A stretch of 28,761 nt of DNA, from positions 1 to 28,761 of IMG/VR virus record IMGVR_UViG_3300006737_000131; one strand, 5' to 3'. Under the pieces are notes generated by a model. The model was not told the origin of the DNA. It worked only from the letters and a program-made list of their open reading frames with translations, and ran no database searches. The stretch is from a virus (lineage: Duplodnaviria; Caudoviricetes). The position numbers were made by a program, and so were the translations under genes. Shown piece after piece: positions 9,221 to 16,305 of this stretch (its first letter is position 1; the number at the start of each line of letters is the position of its first letter).

Positions 9221-9697
9221 TTAACTGCTAGGCACTCTAGTTTTTTTACGTTTGCTTTGCATCATAGCTCCGCAACCTCTGCCTTGTACCATTTTTACAG
9301 CACCACCAGCTTGCATAAAACCCATTTTGTTTCTTACTTTTTTTGGTAGTTTGGGTAAGCCTTTGTTTGCAGATGGGATAGGTTTCAAACTCATTTCACC
9401 ACCAGCTGCTTTTTTCTTAGCACCTTTGTATTTACCACCCATTTTTTTGTATTCAGAAACCATGTAGGCATTTGCATAAGCCGACGGATATACGTCAAAC
9501 TTCGCTTTTGCTTTAGCTTTGGCTCTAGCATAAATAGATGGATTAGCTACATTAGCTGGTGTTTTAGATTTAGCACCACCACCTTTTTTTAATTTTAAGG
9601 CGCCTAAAGTTTTTGCTTGTTTTGCATGTAAATTACTTGCTTTTTTCAAACCTTTTATAACTTTGTTTATTTTTTTCTTTTGTGTTTTATTAGCCAT
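9221..9697 (-). CDS. Basic hypothetical protein
   Basis: 158 aa, Lys-rich, with core YARAKAKAKAKFDVYPSAYANAYMVSEYKKMGGKY. Confidence 0.7.
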   Translation of the reverse strand: MANKTQKKKINKVIKGLKKASNLHAKQAKTLGALKLKKGGGAKSKTPANVANPSIYARAKAKAKAKFDVYPSAYANAYMVSEYKKMGGKYKGAKKKAAGGEMSLKPIPSANKGLPKLPKKVRNKMGFMQAGGAVKMVQGRGCGAMMQSKRKKTRVPSS

Positions 9698-10006
9698 TTA
9701 ACATTTCCACCTTCTTCTTGCTTGCCTAATTCTTGAATTAGGATTATTTCTAGTTTTAGCAGAGCTTTTCTTTAATTGTCCAAGTGACCTTGCACAATAA
9801 GACTTTCGTCTTTTTGCCGCTTTGCTACCTTTTTTTACTTTACCTGTTACTGCTGTTTTTAATTTTGAGCCAGGATTTTTCTTACGATAAGCAGCAACAC
9901 CTTTTTTGGTCATGCCCGCTCCACTTTTGGTGGAGCGGTAATTACCGCCTTTGCCTACTGTCTTTGCTATTGGTTTAGCTTTTCTTTTAGGCTTTTTAAC
10001 CGCCAT
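9698..10006 (-). CDS. Small very basic hypothetical protein
   Basis: 102 aa with no Asp or Glu; GMTKKGVAAY...RRKSYCARS...RQARRRWKC. Confidence 0.7.
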   Translation of the reverse strand: MAVKKPKRKAKPIAKTVGKGGNYRSTKSGAGMTKKGVAAYRKKNPGSKLKTAVTGKVKKGSKAAKRRKSYCARSLGQLKKSSAKTRNNPNSRIRQARRRWKC

Positions 10007-10011
10007 CAGTC

Positions 10012-10413
10012 TTAATAATTTTTAGTTAGAACTAAAATTATTGTATAAGCGTCACCGCTGCTATGCCCAACTGTGGTTAAGTCAATATCACCTGTAACAC
10101 CGCTACCTGCGTTGTTTGGAATACCTGTAAATAAATCGTAATACTCATCGCCTGTGCTGTCTGCTGGTAAATGAACCAAAAGTACATTTGAACTTGCATC
10201 AAACTCAAGTTTAACGCTCATACCAAATGTTGCCCAATAAATTCTTGAAACAGAAACAGAGGTACAAGTTTGTCCTGCGCTATTTTTAGATAGCGCAGAA
10301 ACATCTACTTTTTTTACAGCTGACTCACCAGTGCCATCTGACACGTTGGTAAATTTTAAAATTGCGGTTTTTTCACCATCTTGGATGGTTTGTGAAGTTA
10401 CTGCATCAGCCAT
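10012..10413 (-). CDS. Putative virion structural protein (small beta-sandwich)
   Basis: 133 aa beta-rich protein preceded by an AGGAG SD; head accessory region. Confidence 0.6.
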   Translation of the reverse strand: MADAVTSQTIQDGEKTAILKFTNVSDGTGESAVKKVDVSALSKNSAGQTCTSVSVSRIYWATFGMSVKLEFDASSNVLLVHLPADSTGDEYYDLFTGIPNNAGSGVTGDIDLTTVGHSSGDAYTIILVLTKNY

Positions 10414-10423
10414 GTTTTACTCC

Positions 10424-11134
10424 TTAAAGTTCAGTGTTTGCTGTACGTTCTTTATGAGCACCAATGTAATCAACACTTAAGGTCTTTGCAGCAGCAGCTC
10501 CATTTTGAATACCGAAAGAAACTGTAAGTTCTTCGTTATCTGGAACATTTGTGCTAACCACTGTGCCTGCTAATACATTATTTTGAAACACATGAAACTT
10601 TTGGTCTTTAGGGTCATAAATAAATCCTAAAGTCATAAAAGTATCATCTGCCAATGAATTAGGCAAAGTCAATGTAGATTGTGTGCTATCTTTTTCAACG
10701 ATAAAACTGATTGTTGCAGCTCCATCTGATTTTAAAAAGAAAATACCATCTGTTACATCTAATGGTGAAGTATCAGTTAGCTGTAAACCAGCAACAATAT
10801 CAGTTTGTGTTGCATCATTAGTTTTAAATCTAATTTGAAACGCTAACTGTTTGCCGCTTTCATATTTAAAGCCTTCTTTTACTAACTGAAAAAAGTCATT
10901 GTCGTTATCGCCAGCAGCATTTGTTACTAACAAAATACCACCATCGCCATCGGCCAAAGCCTCTGTTGCGGAACCAGTGCCGTCCTCAGTTGTAGTTATT
11001 GTCCAATCGGACGCTAAATAAGTATCAAAATCATTAAAGTATGAATGATACTTGTGTGGTGCAGGTGCTTTTAATTTACCTAATGAACCGTCTCCAGAAA
11101 CATTGGTAACACCCGAAGTAAAATGCGTAGTCAT
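10424..11134 (-). CDS. Putative head decoration / head fibre protein (lectin-like beta-sandwich)
   Basis: Start moved from 11182 to the ATG at 11134 (MTTHFTSGV), preceded by AGGAGG at 11141-11146. 236 aa, Thr/Asp/Gly-rich beta protein. Confidence 0.55.
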   Translation of the reverse strand: MTTHFTSGVTNVSGDGSLGKLKAPAPHKYHSYFNDFDTYLASDWTITTTEDGTGSATEALADGDGGILLVTNAAGDNDNDFFQLVKEGFKYESGKQLAFQIRFKTNDATQTDIVAGLQLTDTSPLDVTDGIFFLKSDGAATISFIVEKDSTQSTLTLPNSLADDTFMTLGFIYDPKDQKFHVFQNNVLAGTVVSTNVPDNEELTVSFGIQNGAAAAKTLSVDYIGAHKERTANTEL

Positions 11135-11199
11135 AATCAGCCTCCTATAAATTAGCCATTGCAAGCACCATGCCCGCAACAATTAGTTCTACAATATTG

Positions 11200-11228
11200 A
11201 TAATACTACTAGGCTGTATTTTGTGCAA
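11200..11228 (-). promoter_or_regulatory. Sigma70-type promoter for the downstream structural genes
   Basis: Minus strand TTGCAC (11228-11223), 17-nt spacer, TATTAT (11205-11200); overlaps the 3' end of the nucleotidase gene. Confidence 0.55.
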
Positions 11229-11718
11229 CCAAAGTGTCTTGGTAATTTCTAAGCTGTTTTATCGTATCAGCCGCACTGGTATGCAACACTCCTATGCCAC
11301 CTGCATTGGTCCAGGCTTCTATGTTATCTTTTCTATCATCAATCAACACATAATCAGGTCTTGCATAAACAGCTTTATGCTTGCCTTTTAATGTTGCCGT
11401 AATAAAAACATCTTTATCTACATACTTTCTAATCCAATAAATTTTATCTTGCACTACTTTGGTTCTGTTAAGTACACCAGATGCGGTAAGTATTTCCCAA
11501 TCCACTCCAAAGTTTTTTACATATTCAATTAAATAGTGCATATCTGGCATAAGTGGTAAATCTGCAAAAAGACCTTTATTAGATAGCTCAACTTTTCTAT
11601 CATCATAAGTATTCTCGTTAACTAAAGGACCATTTAAGTATTTAGGTCCTTGCACTCCTCTCACAAAGTCAGCGAGAACACCGTCCATGTCTACAAATAT
11701 TTTAGTTATCGGTGTCAT
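11209..11718 (-). CDS. HAD-superfamily 5'(3')-deoxyribonucleotidase (NT5C-like)
   Basis: HAD motif I IFVDMDGVLADF, motif II ILTAS, motif IV LIDDR. Start placed at ATG 11718 (TAATG overlap with the upstream gene). Confidence 0.8.
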   Translation of the reverse strand: MTPITKIFVDMDGVLADFVRGVQGPKYLNGPLVNENTYDDRKVELSNKGLFADLPLMPDMHYLIEYVKNFGVDWEILTASGVLNRTKVVQDKIYWIRKYVDKDVFITATLKGKHKAVYARPDYVLIDDRKDNIEAWTNAGGIGVLHTSAADTIKQLRNYQDTLVAQNTA

Positions 11719-12296
11719 TAGCGTCCCCAACCATAAGCAGTTTGATATTTAGGTTTTCCATCCCAAAGACTAGCATCTTCAAAAGAAGAAATAGAAACCC
11801 CATAAGGTCCAACTTTCTTTCTCATTTCTTTACCAATAAAAGCGTTTTTTACAGGCTTCACTAAATCCTCACTTGCGCCCTTAGTATCTAAGTATTCTTT
11901 ACCAATTTCTTCTATAGTAATCATACTTTTAGTTTTCTTCACTATTTGGTAAAAGTTGATGTTGGTTTGGTCATAACCCCAAGAGCTATAAAGTATTTCT
12001 CCCACTTTGTACTTGTCTTGGTTTTCAGCAGCCATGGCTTTTTTCTTTTCAGCATATTTCTTTTTGCTTTCGTAGCTGTCCGCTATGTCCTCAAAGTATT
12101 GTTTAACATACTCGTCTCTTCTCTCTGCTGTTTTGAAACTATAGTATTTGTCATACTTGCTTCTTTTGCCAGCAAACACCATTGCTGTATATTTTGTGCC
12201 ATCATCGTAGTCATTGATGTAAGCAACTGCATCTGTATTAGAATCTTCAATTTTTATTGAAGCCTTTGGTATGTAAAAATCTCTAGTTAAAGCCAT
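11718..12296 (-). CDS. Hypothetical non-structural protein (Lys/Tyr-rich)
   Basis: 192 aa with strong SD AAGGAGG at 12301-12307; motif KVGEILYSSWGYDQTNINFYQIV. Confidence 0.75.
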   Translation of the reverse strand: MALTRDFYIPKASIKIEDSNTDAVAYINDYDDGTKYTAMVFAGKRSKYDKYYSFKTAERRDEYVKQYFEDIADSYESKKKYAEKKKAMAAENQDKYKVGEILYSSWGYDQTNINFYQIVKKTKSMITIEEIGKEYLDTKGASEDLVKPVKNAFIGKEMRKKVGPYGVSISSFEDASLWDGKPKYQTAYGWGR

Positions 12297-12337
12297 TTTT
12301 CCTCCTTTTGGTTTTTAATTAAATATCTCACATAGTT

Positions 12338-12366
12338 AATATACTAAATATTGCAACTTTATGCAA
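12338..12366 (-). promoter_or_regulatory. Sigma70-type promoter with AT-rich UP-like region
   Basis: Minus strand TTGCAT (12366-12361), 17-nt spacer, TATATT (12343-12338); AT-rich tract immediately upstream; follows the capsid terminator. Confidence 0.7.
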
Positions 12367-12401
12367 CTATTTACATACATTATTTTTAATTAATTTAGAC
12401 C

Positions 12402-12429
12402 AAAAAAAAGGGCCTAAACTGGCCCTTTT
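12402..12429 (-). terminator. Rho-independent terminator after the major capsid gene
   Basis: Minus strand AAAA-GGGCC-agttta-GGCCC-TTTTTTTT; the flanking A/T tracts may make it bidirectional. Confidence 0.85.
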
Positions 12430-12468
12430 ATTGTAATACTGAGTAATAAAGTGTATTACGACTTCTAA

Positions 12469-13386
12469 CTATGCACCTTGTGAGCCGTAGATTCCTCTCC
12501 AATCAGAGAAACCGAAGCTATATCTTTCCCTTGCTTTATATCTGATATTGCCAGTAGAAAAGTCTGGTTCCATAGAGGTTTCCATTGGAGACCTTTGGAA
12601 CATTTTTAGACCTTCGCCTGAGCTATTAACAGATGTAAGGATGAAGTAAGCATCTGGGTCAGAAAGATAATGATTAACTGCATAACCACCAGGTAATACA
12701 CCTGTGTTTTTAATTGCGTTAATGTCATTATCAGCTGTTCCAGTTCTGCCTTGAGAGTTAAGTATTCTGTCAGCCACAAAAACTAATTGTGGTGGGACAA
12801 TAAGTTTGTCCGCTTGCACAGAAATAATTAAGCCTCTGTCATCTGTAAAGGTTGATATATCAATAAGATTATCTTCCAATGATGCTTCATTTAAGTCAGC
12901 CATAGTAGTAGCTCTGTTCGCAGCTGTACCACCACCTGAAAGTGGGTGTGCAGTGTTAATAAGTGATACACCATCGCCTCCTGTGAAGCTAGATGAGAAA
13001 GCATTATTTAAAACATCAGCACCTTTGACTTCCTTAGTGTTAGCCATTGATTTTGCTAATGCTTTAACATATCTTTTTCCGAGTGAGTCATAGAGGTTAT
13101 CTTCAACACTTTCTTCTGTTAAAGCAAACGCTAACGCCACTGTATCGTGTGTATAACGTGCACTGTAACTTTCAGATGCGTTGTCAAATTGAACCCCTTG
13201 TCCTTCGGACTTAAGTGGTGCGGAACCAAACCCTGTTACCAAGACTTCTTCTTCAAATGCTCTATTAGAATCTTCAATAACGAAAATATCTTTATATTCC
13301 TCGTTATATTCATCATAGGACATCCCAAAAAGTGCGTTTAGACCAGGCTCTAGCTCTTTCGCTAATTGTGCTCTTGAAATTGCCAT
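12469..13386 (-). CDS. Major capsid protein (HK97 fold)
   Basis: 305 aa: MAISRAQLAKELEPGLNALFG...SNRAFEEEV...LIVPPQL...YKARERYSFGFSDWRGIYGSQGA. Follows the scaffold region and is followed by a terminator. Confidence 0.85.
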   Translation of the reverse strand: MAISRAQLAKELEPGLNALFGMSYDEYNEEYKDIFVIEDSNRAFEEEVLVTGFGSAPLKSEGQGVQFDNASESYSARYTHDTVALAFALTEESVEDNLYDSLGKRYVKALAKSMANTKEVKGADVLNNAFSSSFTGGDGVSLINTAHPLSGGGTAANRATTMADLNEASLEDNLIDISTFTDDRGLIISVQADKLIVPPQLVFVADRILNSQGRTGTADNDINAIKNTGVLPGGYAVNHYLSDPDAYFILTSVNSSGEGLKMFQRSPMETSMEPDFSTGNIRYKARERYSFGFSDWRGIYGSQGA

Positions 13387-13397
13387 TATTTATCTCC

Positions 13398-13985
13398 TTA
13401 TGCTAAACCAGCACCTTTTTGTCCACAGATATGATTCTGTATGACACAAAGGACATTAGTATTTGATGATGAAACATCATCGTTATCAGGGTCCTGAGAT
13501 ATATCTAACGCTTTCAAAGGCAGAGTAGCAGTGGTATTACCAGTGCTGACTGCAATTTCCATGTTAGAAATCCCAGATGAAGTATCGCCAACTGGTGAAC
13601 CATCAACAATGTCGAAATTTCCAAACAAGTCGGCCACAGGCATTGCTGCGTCTCCTTGTATTTCAAAAACAACATTAGGGTCATCAACGACGCTTGCTAT
13701 TATATCAGAAGCAGCGATGCTTCCAGGATAATAGTTTTTAAACACTTGTTCGCCTGTGGTTGGGTCAGTGTACTGAACACCATTGAACACTCCAACAATC
13801 GGAACGGTTCCAGTTGCGGTGTGTCTACCTATAACCCCAGCTGTAAGCTGAGTTACCAAGTCGCCTTGGAAGATAGGTGTTGTAGCCCCACTAGCAATCC
13901 TATATCGGCTTTGACCGCCAGAAAAGGGTGCTCCGCCCATCATACGAACAGGTTTACATCCAAATGCGCTATCTTTATTAGCCAT
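13398..13985 (-). CDS. Putative capsid cement / minor capsid protein
   Basis: 195 aa immediately upstream of the MCP; IFQGDLV, VGVFNGVQY and VVDDPNVVFEIQ motifs; AGGAG SD. Confidence 0.6.
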   Translation of the reverse strand: MANKDSAFGCKPVRMMGGAPFSGGQSRYRIASGATTPIFQGDLVTQLTAGVIGRHTATGTVPIVGVFNGVQYTDPTTGEQVFKNYYPGSIAASDIIASVVDDPNVVFEIQGDAAMPVADLFGNFDIVDGSPVGDTSSGISNMEIAVSTGNTTATLPLKALDISQDPDNDDVSSSNTNVLCVIQNHICGQKGAGLA

Positions 13986-14010
13986 TTTTATATTCTCCTA
14001 AATATGATTA

Positions 14011-14493
14011 TTACTTTTTCCCAAAAGTAACATTAGACCTTCTATCAGCATCATACTTAACATATCTACCGTCTTTTTTGGCATCAGAAAACATATTGTT
14101 ATCTAAAGCTTCTTTTTTAAGACGGGTTTGGTCTTCGTAATATTCATTACGTTGTTCCTTTGTTTCGATAGGTATTTTTGCTAATAAAAGTCCTTCACTA
14201 TAAACAAGACCAGCATGTGCACCTTCATCAGCAGTAGGATAAGCATACTCACTAGGTAAGTCTGTTCCTCTTACGAGTTCCCATCCTTCTCTAATTCTTC
14301 TACTTACATTTGCTTTGTCCTCTTGCCCTAGCATGGATTCTCTTATCCAACGATATTCGTACCCTTCTGGTGGCGCAGGAGTTTCAAGTTTTCTTACTGG
14401 TCGCCATGGTTGTCTACGAGTATTTTTAGCGTGCTGCTCGGATTCACGGGAATTTCTGGAATGTGTCATTTCATTATTTTCTTCTGTTGTCAT
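14011..14493 (-). CDS. Conserved hypothetical head-module protein
   Basis: 160 aa, WRP...PAPPEGYEYRWIR...REGWELV...GLLLAKIP; GGAGG SD. Confidence 0.65.
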   Translation of the reverse strand: MTTEENNEMTHSRNSRESEQHAKNTRRQPWRPVRKLETPAPPEGYEYRWIRESMLGQEDKANVSRRIREGWELVRGTDLPSEYAYPTADEGAHAGLVYSEGLLLAKIPIETKEQRNEYYEDQTRLKKEALDNNMFSDAKKDGRYVKYDADRRSNVTFGKK

Positions 14494-15410
14494 TTTGCCT
14501 CCCTAGATGCAATGCGTTGTTTTTCTTTAGCAACGGATTTTAACCAAACGTCTTCCGTCATGCCGTATGGCTTTAATCCACGGAGTCTGTCAACTTCTGT
14601 TTTTGAAAATTGCACACCGTTCTTTTTGCCTTGTGTTTTTTGCCGACCTCCTACGGAGGCTGAGGCGACTCTTTGCACAGCGGGTCTGCCCTCACTTTGT
14701 TCAGCATTATCCGATTTTAAATCGGGATAAACTTTACCAATTCTTTGGTTTAATTCATTGTAATACTCATTTGAATCTGGTTCAAATCCTTCATTAACTA
14801 AATTTACATGCGTAAATTGAGCATATTGTGTTGCTTCTGGATTTTCACCAAACCATTTGTTTTCAGATGCCCAATCTAAAGCTTCTTGTGTTGGTACTAC
14901 TTGTTGTTGTTGCGCTTGTTGTTGTGGCTGCACTTGAGTTTGAGCTTGTGCTTGACTATAAGAATCTGTTTGTCTTTGTTTTGCTATTCTTACTTTTTCT
15001 TTTTGTATAGAAACTTCATTTTTAAGACTATCTGCCTTAGAAATCATTTCAGCATCACCAGACTCATGCGCTTTTTTAAACAATTCGTTTGCTTCACGTT
15101 CTTTTATAGACATCAATTCTTCATCTTTTGCAAGAGAAGTTTGTTGTGCTTGAACTGCATGCTGATAATAATTATGTACCTCAGCCTCTTTTTGTTGTAA
15201 TGCTTGTTCTAAAGCTTGTGCTTTTTCCTCAGCAGCTCTTTTTCTAGCATTTAATTTATTAATTCTTTTTGATACACCTTTTGTGTAATTTTCTAGTTCA
15301 TCTTCACTAGAAGCATTTTGAGACACCTCCTGTGATTCAGAATCAGTAACCTCTACCTGTATTTCTTCAACTTCTGGTTGAATTTGTTTGTTTTCATTTT
15401 CTATCGTCAT
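14490..15410 (-). CDS. Putative capsid scaffolding protein
   Basis: 306 aa, acidic N-terminus, long Glu/Gln/Ala/Lys coiled coil, WASENKWFG motif; lies between portal and MCP. Confidence 0.65.
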   Translation of the reverse strand: MTIENENKQIQPEVEEIQVEVTDSESQEVSQNASSEDELENYTKGVSKRINKLNARKRAAEEKAQALEQALQQKEAEVHNYYQHAVQAQQTSLAKDEELMSIKEREANELFKKAHESGDAEMISKADSLKNEVSIQKEKVRIAKQRQTDSYSQAQAQTQVQPQQQAQQQQVVPTQEALDWASENKWFGENPEATQYAQFTHVNLVNEGFEPDSNEYYNELNQRIGKVYPDLKSDNAEQSEGRPAVQRVASASVGGRQKTQGKKNGVQFSKTEVDRLRGLKPYGMTEDVWLKSVAKEKQRIASREAK

Positions 15411-15847
15411 AAGCTCACTATATCATCTGGATTGAGAATGGTGGCTATAACCTCATCATCATTAATGATTCTGACCTCTGCACCATCTTCAAGTTTAAAC
15501 CTAGAGCCAGAGTAACGCCCTATTAAAACCCATTGTTTTTCTTCACACCACGGAGTATCGCCATAACGTTTTTTATCGTTATAGCAAAGTGGTCCTTTTT
15601 TTACCACATAAGCTACTACTGTAGCTAAAGATTCGCGGTCTGTTGTTTGTTTTGTAAGTATGATACCACCGTCTGTTTTTGCTTTACCAGCATAAGGTAA
15701 AACTAACATTCTCCATCCTGTCGGTTGTGGCATCCTGTCTAAAATTGTTTTATCTAATTTTTCTGGGTCTAAAACTATCGCATCTGGCTCAACATAAGCT
15801 TCTGCTAATTTTTTTGCCATTACGTTATTTTTTTGTACATCTGTCAT
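15407..15847 (-). CDS. groES: GroES-like co-chaperonin
   Basis: PQPTGWRMLVLP...KTDGGIILT...VVKKGP...VLIGRYSGSRFKLEDGAEVRIINDDEVIATI follows the Cpn10 pattern, with an N-terminal extension. Confidence 0.8.
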   Translation of the reverse strand: MTDVQKNNVMAKKLAEAYVEPDAIVLDPEKLDKTILDRMPQPTGWRMLVLPYAGKAKTDGGIILTKQTTDRESLATVVAYVVKKGPLCYNDKKRYGDTPWCEEKQWVLIGRYSGSRFKLEDGAEVRIINDDEVIATILNPDDIVSL

Positions 15848-16026
15848 ATATCTTTGCCTATGTCACTAATTGCATTTGCAATATAGTATAAAGCAGAAAG
15901 CTCTCCTTGCAAATATTTATAATGTTCAATATCTTTTAGTCCACCAGACATTAGTGTTTCTTGTATTTGCAGTTCTCTTTCAGATATGGTCTTTTTAATT
16001 TTTTCTATTAATTCTATATCGTCCAT
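15844..16026 (-). CDS. Small hypothetical protein
   Basis: 60-aa helical ORF coupled to groES by an ATGA overlap. Confidence 0.65.
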   Translation of the reverse strand: MDDIELIEKIKKTISERELQIQETLMSGGLKDIEHYKYLQGELSALYYIANAISDIGKDI

Positions 16027-16305
16027 TTATTTACTATTTTTTGGTCTGCCTCTTTTTTTTGCGACTGTTTTTTTTGCAGCTACTTTTTTTGGCTGTGTTT
16101 TTTTTACTTGTTTTTTAGGTTTTTTTTCAACAACCTGTTCACCATTTATTATAGCCATCTTTTTTTCAATTCTAGCCATATTTTCTTGATGCGCCTTATC
16201 TTCGGCTTCTTGTTGTTGTTTTAATTCTATAGCTTCTTGCTGTCGCATTTGTTTTTTTTCAGCTTTTAATTTTGCTATAGCTTCTAATTTATATGATGTT
16301 GTCAT
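16027..16305 (-). CDS. Hypothetical protein with Lys-rich histone-like tail
   Basis: 92 aa; coiled-coil N-half, C-tail KKVAAKKTVAKKRGRPK containing an AT-hook-like RGRP. Confidence 0.6.
   Translation of the reverse strand: MTTSYKLEAIAKLKAEKKQMRQQEAIELKQQQEAEDKAHQENMARIEKKMAIINGEQVVEKKPKKQVKKTQPKKVAAKKTVAKKRGRPKNSK

Noticed and set aside
11135-11182. 16-aa N-terminal extension of the 10424 ORF
   Set aside because: The strong AGGAGG lies just before ATG 11134; the extension coincides with the leader hairpin.
12317-12332. CRP box near the insert promoter (minus strand TGTGA-gatatt-TAATT)
   Set aside because: Only one half-site matches TGTGA-N6-TCACA, which is not enough in AT-rich DNA.
12433-12459. 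Small inverted repeat GTAATAC...GTATTAC between the MCP stop and the terminator
   Set aside because: A 7-bp AT-rich stem with a large loop; too weak to call without comparative support.
16027-16130. Long T/A homopolymer runs as slippage or phase-variation sites
   Set aside because: Explained by AAA Lys codons in a Lys-rich tail; similar runs occur in the other basic genes.
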